Shown: in pieces, positions 27,174 to 32,886 of the stretch | Position numbering within the stretch: the first letter of the stretch is position 1 | How the letters are laid out: each line of letters begins with the position of its first letter | From: a virus | Lineage: Duplodnaviria > Caudoviricetes | Direction: 5' to 3' (one strand) | Virus record (IMG/VR): IMGVR_UViG_3300027672_000042 | Location: 1-33,142 of that record | DNA length: 33,142 bases | Notes under the pieces: generated by a model | What the model saw: only the letters and a program-made list of their open reading frames with translations | Database searches by the model: none | Told to the model about the DNA's origin: nothing | Translations under genes and position numbers: made by a program

Positions 27174-27500
27174 ATGAGTAGTGAAATAAAATTATGGTCA
27201 AATAAAAATATGAAAACTTTTGATCCAAATAAAAAAAGAAAATTACTTATAAATAACTTATCTCAAACGAGAGCTGTTGATAATTTTTGTAATACATTAA
27301 TTAAAATTCTTAAAACTAAATATAAAAATGGAAGAAAAGGTTGTCTTAATGCAGCCGAAAGATTAGATTATCTACAACGTTTTTGTGAGGGAAGAAAACT
27401 ACGTAATGAGGATATAAGAAAAGCATGCAACAAAGAATTAATGGAAACACATGTTTCTGGAGTTCCCTATGAAGGAAAAGAAAAAAACAGGTACTTATGA
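27174..27500 (+). CDS. Hypothetical protein
   Basis: 108 aa; AAAGGA SD. Confidence 0.6.
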   Translation: MSSEIKLWSNKNMKTFDPNKKRKLLINNLSQTRAVDNFCNTLIKILKTKYKNGRKGCLNAAERLDYLQRFCEGRKLRNEDIRKACNKELMETHVSGVPYEGKEKNRYL

Positions 27501-27919
27501 TTAACGATAATTTTCACTTAGATACAGCTTATATTGCAGGACTCTTTGATGGCGAAGGTTCTTTAACTTACAAAAAATATAAGGAAAAGAAAAAATCTGG
27601 TAATTATGATTGTTGGCGTATTGTTATGGAGATTTCTATGACAGATAAAAATGTTATAGAACTTGTGCATGAGACGTTAATGGTGGGTACTGTAAGGCCT
27701 AAGAAGGTCCCTAAGGGTATGAAACCACAATGGCGTTGGCGTTGTTCGTTTAGAGATTGTTTGCGTGTGTGTAAAATGCTGTGGCCTTATGCTATAGTTA
27801 AATTACATAAAATAGAACAAGTGATAGATCACTATGAACCGGAGATACAGGATTTAGATGACAATGTAATTGAGTTAGATAAATTTAGAGATAACATATG
27901 GTTTGGAAAAGATAAATAA
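27497..27919 (+). CDS. Free-standing single-motif LAGLIDADG endonuclease-like protein
   Basis: AYIAGLFDGEGS motif followed by EISMTD and WRWR. Confidence 0.8.
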   Translation: MINDNFHLDTAYIAGLFDGEGSLTYKKYKEKKKSGNYDCWRIVMEISMTDKNVIELVHETLMVGTVRPKKVPKGMKPQWRWRCSFRDCLRVCKMLWPYAIVKLHKIEQVIDHYEPEIQDLDDNVIELDKFRDNIWFGKDK

Positions 27920-28062
27920 TGATAGATAGAATAGTATATTTAATTTTAGAGAGAATAAACCATTACTCAACAGCCCTGACTTCATGGTCATGGCAAAAAT
28001 TGTGGTCTAACAAAAAGGAGGGCTATGGCTATAAAAAAAGAAAAGTACGACGGAAGAAGTAG
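27919..28062 (+). CDS. 47-aa hypothetical protein (not in ORF track)
   Basis: MIDRIVYLILERINHYSTALTSWSWQKLWSN...; TAATG coupling. Confidence 0.55.
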   Translation: MIDRIVYLILERINHYSTALTSWSWQKLWSNKKEGYGYKKRKVRRKK

Positions 28063-28213
28063 ACCTACTAACAAGGCTTACGAAGAGAACTGGAATAGAA
28101 TCTTTGGCTCTAATCCCGTGGCCAAGCAAGTTAGGACACCTAAATTTAAATCACAAGTCGTTGCGTCTAAAAAATTATATAATAGGAAAAAATTAAATGA
28201 TCAAGAAATCTAA
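28025..28213 (+). CDS. Small basic hypothetical protein
   Basis: DGRSRPTN..YEENWNRIF; AAGGAGG SD. Confidence 0.7.
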   Translation: MAIKKEKYDGRSRPTNKAYEENWNRIFGSNPVAKQVRTPKFKSQVVASKKLYNRKKLNDQEI

Positions 28214-28934
28214 TAAATACAACTATATCACCGGTAAACAGCTCACGGACCCAGGATCTGGGACCAGGGTTTATGAGATAAGTAATTATAGACTTCCGAG
28301 TGTGACTACTGTATTAGGAGCCACGAAAAATCAAGATTTTATAAAAAAGTGGAAGGCTAAAGTCGGTGAAGAAAACGCAGAACGAATTAAGAATCATTCA
28401 AGTTCCAGGGGGACTTGCATGCATAAGTTCCTCGAGCACTATGTACTCGGAACTGGGTGTGTGGATCTTACAAGCATCGGACAAGAGGCGCGTCCCATGG
28501 CCGACAAAATTATTGAGATTGGCCTTGCGCCAGTGGAGGAGTATTACGGGTCGGAAGTTACGTTGCACTATCCGGGCCTGTATGCAGGGTCCACGGACCT
28601 TGTATGCTCGCACAATGGCATGGAAACTATTGTTGACTTCAAGCAGAGTAACCGTCCGAAACGGGAAGAATGGATTGAAGATTATTACATGCAAATTGCA
28701 GCATACGCCATGGCCCACGACTATGTCTACGGATCTAAGATCAAGCAAGGAGTTATCATGGTATGCACGCCTGACCTATATTACCAAGAGTTTAAGGTTG
28801 AAGGACTTGCACTAAGACAGTGGAAACATGCTTTTCTTAAAAGATTAGATATGTACAATGAGCTGATGCATGATGAGAAAGAAAAAGCTAATGTTACAAT
28901 TAAGGCAAATGAGTTTAAAACAAGGCAAGATTAA
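28197..28934 (+). CDS. PD-(D/E)XK exonuclease (RecB/Cas4-like superfamily)
   Basis: PSVTTVL, RGTCMH, YAGSTD, IVDFKQ and QIAAY motifs. Confidence 0.85.
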   Translation: MIKKSNKYNYITGKQLTDPGSGTRVYEISNYRLPSVTTVLGATKNQDFIKKWKAKVGEENAERIKNHSSSRGTCMHKFLEHYVLGTGCVDLTSIGQEARPMADKIIEIGLAPVEEYYGSEVTLHYPGLYAGSTDLVCSHNGMETIVDFKQSNRPKREEWIEDYYMQIAAYAMAHDYVYGSKIKQGVIMVCTPDLYYQEFKVEGLALRQWKHAFLKRLDMYNELMHDEKEKANVTIKANEFKTRQD

Positions 28935-29208
28935 GGCAATTAACAGTTTAGAACAATTCCAATGTACCACCGTGTATATGTATGGCAAAAGAAATAAAAA
29001 ATAAAATAAAAACTACTCTAGAAAAAGTGTCTTTTGTGTCTTTTCGACTAGAAGTGTTGGTATACAACGCTAAGGTCTGCCAAATTATGGTTTTAAAAAG
29101 TGTCATGTGACAGATTATAATGTCACATTACAAAATATTACAGATTGCCTATGCGCGCGCGATACAAAATTCTGGTAAAACTGATTTTTTTTAGATACAT
29201 ATACAGAA
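28935..29208. other. Repeat-rich intergenic region (candidate origin/regulatory site)
   Basis: A-tracts, AAAAGTGTC x2, ATGTGACA/TGTCACAT inverted repeat, GCGCGCGCG. Confidence 0.4.
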
Positions 29209-29628
29209 ATGAAAAGAAAGAAAAGTAAACATTTTAAAAAACCTCTGAAGCCTATTCCTGTTGAAGCAATTGGTCTTCCTAACAGTGTTAGAATTGGTTA
29301 CAAAGATGTTAGGATTAAATATGTCAGACCTGATTATAAAAAATGGGAAATGACTGATTGTTTTGGAGAGTATGATTACAGACAAAATATTATACAAGTA
29401 CAGCACGATCTATGTGGTCAAGAGATTGCTAACACACTATTTCATGAGATAATGCATGCTGCAGTACAGGTGGCCGGACTTAATCAAGAGAAAGCACCTT
29501 TAGAGAAACCAGAATTTGAAGAAGCTGTAGTTAATCAGTTAACAAATGTAATGATGGGTGTGTTTAGAGATAATGCTTGGATGGTTGATATGCTTAAAGA
29601 TCAGTTAGAAAAAACAGATCAAGATTAA
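29209..29628 (+). CDS. HExxH zinc metallopeptidase-like protein
   Basis: NTLFHEIMHA...EEAVV. Confidence 0.7.
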   Translation: MKRKKSKHFKKPLKPIPVEAIGLPNSVRIGYKDVRIKYVRPDYKKWEMTDCFGEYDYRQNIIQVQHDLCGQEIANTLFHEIMHAAVQVAGLNQEKAPLEKPEFEEAVVNQLTNVMMGVFRDNAWMVDMLKDQLEKTDQD

Positions 29629-30158
29629 TTAAATGTCGGCTCTTCTTCCTTTACTTGAATCTGAACTTTTTCGACCTCGGGTTCGATCTCACCTTCAACA
29701 GTCTTCATATCTAAAAGAGAACCGTAATCATTTAAGATTTGTTTCATCTTTGCTTCTAACTGTTCTTCTGTCATTTCTTCTAGTTTCCCAGTTTTTATTA
29801 TTTTTCTGTCTATGTATAGTCCTGCTGCCTTGCCTCTATTGGTTTCAGCATTTACAGCAGCGGAAAAAGAATTCTTCCTCAAAGCGGCATCTTTAATTCT
29901 TGATAGTTCTGAAACATGACTTTCATAAGTTACACCATATTTAAGCATTTTTTCTTCTCTTAACTCACCTATGTATTTAACAACTAATGGAGATAGTCTG
30001 GGGTTAGTTAACTCAGATCCTTCTTGTCTACATCTTTTCTCGCTGTAGCCTGCTAGTTTTGCTGCTTCTGATTTATTGAGCGGCCCCTCTGGCCCACCAA
30101 ATATTAAATACTCGGCAAATCTTCTTTGCATTTCAGTTAATCTTTTTGGAACTCCCAT
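29625..30158 (-). CDS. terS: Terminase small subunit
   Basis: LTEMQRRFAEY...EAAKLAGYS HTH-like start; AAVNAE..RGKAAGLY. Confidence 0.7.
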   Translation of the reverse strand: MGVPKRLTEMQRRFAEYLIFGGPEGPLNKSEAAKLAGYSEKRCRQEGSELTNPRLSPLVVKYIGELREEKMLKYGVTYESHVSELSRIKDAALRKNSFSAAVNAETNRGKAAGLYIDRKIIKTGKLEEMTEEQLEAKMKQILNDYGSLLDMKTVEGEIEPEVEKVQIQVKEEEPTFN

Positions 30159-30159
30159 C

Positions 30160-30193
30160 TTGACATTTTAAGGTAACTATCCTATATTGTCAA
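30160..30193. promoter_or_regulatory. Symmetric bidirectional promoter, leaderless on both strands
   Basis: Plus strand TTGACA-N17-TATATT-gtcaat-ATG; minus strand TTGACA-N17-TAAAAT-gtcaag-ATG. Confidence 0.8.
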
Positions 30194-30194
30194 T

Positions 30195-30449
30195 ATGAAA
30201 GATGAAAACAAAACAGTTGAAGACAGAGGTGCGCTAGACTTAACGTATCTTATTGAAGAACATAAAAAAGAGATCTGGGAATACAAACAGAAAGAAGCTG
30301 ATTGGATTAAAACAGATAATATATTACAAGGTTCAAAGAAAATAATTAATGAGTTAAGTTCTAAATTAACAGAACAAGTTAGGGTTATATCTAATCTTAA
30401 TTATAGAATTGTTGAATTAGAAAAAAAACTTGAAGAAAAAAACAAATGA
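30195..30449 (+). CDS. Coiled-coil hypothetical protein
   Basis: 84 aa. Confidence 0.65.
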   Translation: MKDENKTVEDRGALDLTYLIEEHKKEIWEYKQKEADWIKTDNILQGSKKIINELSSKLTEQVRVISNLNYRIVELEKKLEEKNK

Positions 30450-30712
30450 GAGTAAGAGATTTACAGGAATTTTTATCTACATTTACCGCTAAAGACAAGA
30501 GCACTAACAAGCAAGGTAATGCAATTAGTGACGCAGTTATATTTGTAGAAATCAATGGATATTTAGAAGAGATTAAAAAAATGGAAGTGTACGAGAACAA
30601 TCAAGTTATATTTGGTGAAAAGAAAAACCACCATTCACACCGTTTAGTCATGAAAACAAAACGAGAGCAGAAGATAATCTTACCTGATAAATTACGTTCA
30701 CCACTACCATAA
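30446..30712 (+). CDS. Hypothetical protein
   Basis: 88 aa; ATGA coupling. Confidence 0.65.
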   Translation: MRVRDLQEFLSTFTAKDKSTNKQGNAISDAVIFVEINGYLEEIKKMEVYENNQVIFGEKKNHHSHRLVMKTKREQKIILPDKLRSPLP

Positions 30713-30740
30713 TGAATGACGATGTCACTCCGAAAAACTC

Positions 30741-31124
30741 ATGGGTCCAGAGGCTAAATTTTACCAACAAATCAAAAGAAATTTTAAGAAGTTTTCGCTT
30801 ATTCGACTGGAGAATTCCAGCTTACTTGGTACTCCTGATCTATTGGTCTACAATAATTCTGGGCACTTTTTCACTATAGAATTAAAAGTCACAAAGGGTT
30901 ACACGATTAGGTTTTCTCCACACCAGATCGCCTACCATTCACGTCATCCTAAGAATACATTTATCCTCACCAAGGCCATTGGTCCTTGTGCCTCTAAAAC
31001 TTCTCCAATATCCATGTACCGTGGTTCTAGGATCAGGGAGCTTGCTGCTTGTGGCTTGAAGCTTGAAGCTTGTTACTCGGGGATTGATGCTTGCCGCTTG
31101 GCGCTCGAAGAGCTTGGCGCTTGA
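30741..31124 (+). CDS. PD-(D/E)XK Holliday-junction-resolvase/VRR-NUC-like nuclease
   Basis: EAKFY...RLEN...GTPDLL...TIELK...SPHQIAYH. Confidence 0.75.
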   Translation: MGPEAKFYQQIKRNFKKFSLIRLENSSLLGTPDLLVYNNSGHFFTIELKVTKGYTIRFSPHQIAYHSRHPKNTFILTKAIGPCASKTSPISMYRGSRIRELAACGLKLEACYSGIDACRLALEELGA

Positions 31125-31184
31125 GGCTTGCTGCTTGAAGCTTGAAGCTTCCTAAAGATAGGAGCTTGTGGCCTGGAGCTTGTA
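31040..31184 (+). repeat. GCTTGNN heptamer array 1 (about 17 copies, some degenerate, in 4 blocks)
   Basis: Blocks at 31040-31074, 31089-31109, 31112-31153 and 31164-31184. Confidence 0.9.
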
Positions 31185-31251
31185 ATTGGTTTCGGGGTCC
31201 TCGGATCTCTATGTCTTTTACACCAGCCGGTGCCATTCTTAAAAAAATCCA

Positions 31252-31860
31252 TTAGTGCTCTCCGTAACAAACATTAGAAACAGTTTTATCCCAACACGCT
31301 CTACAGTCAACGCATTTATTGCCTTGCTTAGGTGCTGGACATGTTACATCAATTTTTTTAGTTGAGACGGTTGAGGTATGAGGCCAGCTGGTACCTGCAG
31401 CCTGGTCCACCATTGGTATGGAGAACCGGACAACAAGATTGTCAGGAGCTTCAACAATATAGTCCTTGGTCCACGCTTCACGCGTCGGCATCCAGTGCTG
31501 GACTTCAGGCGTAAGTTTACAGACTCCATAGATACGGCGCAGGTGGTCCAGGTTTTGAACATCGCCTGAGTCGTGCCATCTAAAGTATTTGACCTTTTTA
31601 GAATTAATTTGAGCTGCCATAGCTTCAACCCATAACGGGTGAGTTAAGGACCTGAAGCGCTTATATTGCGCATCTTTTACATTTTGGAATCTATAACGGC
31701 CCCGCTCAAAGGCGTAACAGTTAGCGCAAACGCTGCCAGCTATAGATCTTAATTTTGTGCCAGTCTTGCACTCGTGAGCTGGTGTTGAGTATGCAAACCC
31801 GGGCATCTTGCCAGGTTTCGATAGTGTGTGAGTTATTGCTTGTGCTTCTTTTATATTCAT
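31252..31860 (-). CDS. Gp88-like Cys-rich phage protein
   Basis: KMPG, C..G..L...CANCYA, FRWHDSGD, HWMPTRE and CPA....C..CRACW motifs; AAGGAG SD. Confidence 0.7.
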   Translation of the reverse strand: MNIKEAQAITHTLSKPGKMPGFAYSTPAHECKTGTKLRSIAGSVCANCYAFERGRYRFQNVKDAQYKRFRSLTHPLWVEAMAAQINSKKVKYFRWHDSGDVQNLDHLRRIYGVCKLTPEVQHWMPTREAWTKDYIVEAPDNLVVRFSIPMVDQAAGTSWPHTSTVSTKKIDVTCPAPKQGNKCVDCRACWDKTVSNVCYGEH

Positions 31861-31863
31861 TGT

Positions 31864-32043
31864 TTATTTCTCCTTTAGTTTATAGGATACAATATCCTTA
31901 TAATGTAATCTTGTCAAGCTTGCAGCTTGCCGCTTGCAGCTTGCCGCTTGGTCCCTGTAACTTGGGCCCTGGGCCTGGAGCCAGCGCCAGTGGCCTATCA
32001 GGATCGGAATACTTTCCGACCCTGATCTATTAACTTTACTCAC
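31864..32043 (-). CDS. Possible 59-aa GTG-start ORF running through heptamer array 2
   Basis: VSKVNRSGSESIPILIGHWRWLQAQGPSYRDQAASCKRQAASLTRL...; fills the gap between neighbouring genes. Confidence 0.35.
   Translation of the reverse strand: MSKVNRSGSESIPILIGHWRWLQAQGPSYRDQAASCKRQAASLTRLHYKDIVSYKLKEK
31881..31917 (-). promoter_or_regulatory. Promoter TTGACA-N17-TATTGT overlapped by AGGAT-ACAAT-ATCCT palindrome
   Basis: TATAGGATA-CAA-TATCCTTATA at 31881-31902 covers the -10 element. Confidence 0.7.
31918..31979 (+). repeat. GCTTGNN heptamer array 2
   Basis: Five copies at 31918-31952, then degenerate copies. Confidence 0.85.
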
Positions 32044-32212
32044 TTTCTTTTTCTTTCTCTTGCATACCGTTGGCCAGGATCCCCAGCTGCATCACCGTCA
32101 TTTCAACAGCAAAGATATCGATCTTTTTTCTCTTGCCGCGCATGCTTCTAAGTTCTTTGTACATGTCCCAACAAAATTTTCTTACCTGCTCTACTTTCTT
32201 TTCATTAATCAT
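32036..32212 (-). CDS. 58-aa hypothetical protein (not in ORF track)
   Basis: MINEKKVEQVRKFCWDMYKELRSMRG...; GGAGGAG upstream. Confidence 0.6.
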   Translation of the reverse strand: MINEKKVEQVRKFCWDMYKELRSMRGKRKKIDIFAVEMTVMQLGILANGMQEKEKESE

Positions 32213-32345
32213 CTTTTCTCTCCTCCATATATTTTCTAGATCTCTCTTGGTCAGCCTTCACCATACGTAGGATCTCTTCTATAGCATCAGCTATTCTTAC
32301 CAGCGAATTACTTTGTATTTTTTCTTCTATTTCTTTATTTGTCAT
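32205..32345 (-). CDS. 46-aa hypothetical protein
   Basis: MTNKEIEEKIQSNSLVRIADAIEEILRMVKADQ; AGGAGA SD before ATG 32345. Confidence 0.65.
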   Translation of the reverse strand: MTNKEIEEKIQSNSLVRIADAIEEILRMVKADQERSRKYMEERKDD

Positions 32346-32367
32346 ATTTCTCCTGTATTGGTTATAG

Positions 32368-32399
32368 ATCCTTGTATCAGGGATAATCCTACATGTCAA
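32368..32399 (-). promoter_or_regulatory. Putative promoter (TTGACA -35, weak -10) with ATCCT/GGAT boxes
   Basis: TGTCAA at 32394-32399; ATCCT at 32368-32372 and 32386-32390. Confidence 0.5.
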
Positions 32400-32412
32400 A
32401 TCTTTCTTAAAG

Positions 32413-32421
32413 TTATCCACA
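32413..32421 (+). promoter_or_regulatory. Perfect DnaA box TTATCCACA
   Basis: Exact consensus in non-coding DNA, adjoining an ACAACC-ACA-GGTTGT palindrome. Confidence 0.45.
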
Positions 32422-32438
32422 CAACCACAGGTTGTATC

Positions 32439-32466
32439 GCTTGAGGCTTGACGCTTGAAGCTTTTT
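32439..32466 (+). repeat. GCTTGNN heptamer array 3
   Basis: GCTTGAG GCTTGAC GCTTGAA GCTTTTT. Confidence 0.8.
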
Positions 32467-32479
32467 TCTTTAATCATAT

Positions 32480-32802
32480 AAACCCGTTGCGCTCCCTCGG
32501 CCGAAGGACTTGAGCGCAACTGGGCTAAGGCTGCCCCACCAGAAGTCACTTAGCGCGAAGCATTTCGTGAGCTGAATGTGTGCCTTATCATTAGCAGGAC
32601 CACAATTTAGATATCGGACTACTTCCGAACAACACCATTGTAGGGTCCAGCAAATAATACTCATTGATCACTGCAAGCAAGATGCATCTTCTATTTATAA
32701 CCACCATTTAAGGTGATGTCTCGCAAGTGAGAACAATCTCACAGTGACCAACAAACAATGCTAATTTGAGTTTTTTAATTCCGTATATTAGCAAAAGGGA
32801 AC
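32480..32802 (-). ncRNA. Candidate multi-domain structured non-coding RNA of unknown class
   Basis: At least five consecutive stem-loops; mismatches read as G-U on the minus strand; upstream promoter; no convincing ORF. Confidence 0.6.
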
Positions 32803-32808
32803 CTCTCC

Positions 32809-32847
32809 TATATAGTGCTTGACTTATTAATTGTCAAGTGCTAAAAA
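32809..32847. promoter_or_regulatory. Overlapping divergent promoters around a CTTGAC-N9-GTCAAG inverted repeat
   Basis: Minus strand TTGACA(32837-32832)-N17-TATATA; plus strand TTGACT(32819-32824)-N17-TAAAAA. Confidence 0.65.
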
Positions 32848-32886
32848 CTGTTTATGCAAAATAATAATAATCAACCCAAAGGAAAC

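Noticed and set aside
27400-28000. Group I intron or intein around the LAGLIDADG gene
   Set aside because: No split host gene, no flanking non-coding space for an intron core and no intein splice motifs.
28197-28934. Exonuclease as a CRISPR-associated Cas4
   Set aside because: It lacks the four-Cys Fe-S pattern and any cas context; it is an ordinary phage PD-(D/E)XK exonuclease.
31151-31157. CCTAAAG, identical to the T7 terminal heptamer
   Set aside because: It is a single copy and expected by chance.
31040-31184. Heptamer arrays as a CRISPR or mini-CRISPR array
   Set aside because: The period is 7 bp with only 2 variable bases; there are no 25-45 bp repeats with unique spacers and no cas operon.
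14067-32270. Other nested track ORFs (14067, 16274, 20204, 21639, 22944, 23418, 26208, 29191, 29633, 30397, 31033, 31073, 31344, 31378, 31755, 32070)
   Set aside because: They overlap better-supported genes or are translations of the heptamer repeats.
32346-32664. Track ORF 32470..32664 and the N-terminal extension of 32205..32549
   Set aside because: They run through hairpins, repeats and a promoter without SDs; a strong SD supports the start at 32345.
32480-32802. Structured region as retron msr-msd, DGR template, tRNA or tmRNA
   Set aside because: There is no reverse transcriptase in the window, no TR/VR pair was seen, and no cloverleaf, T-loop or CCA end was recognised.
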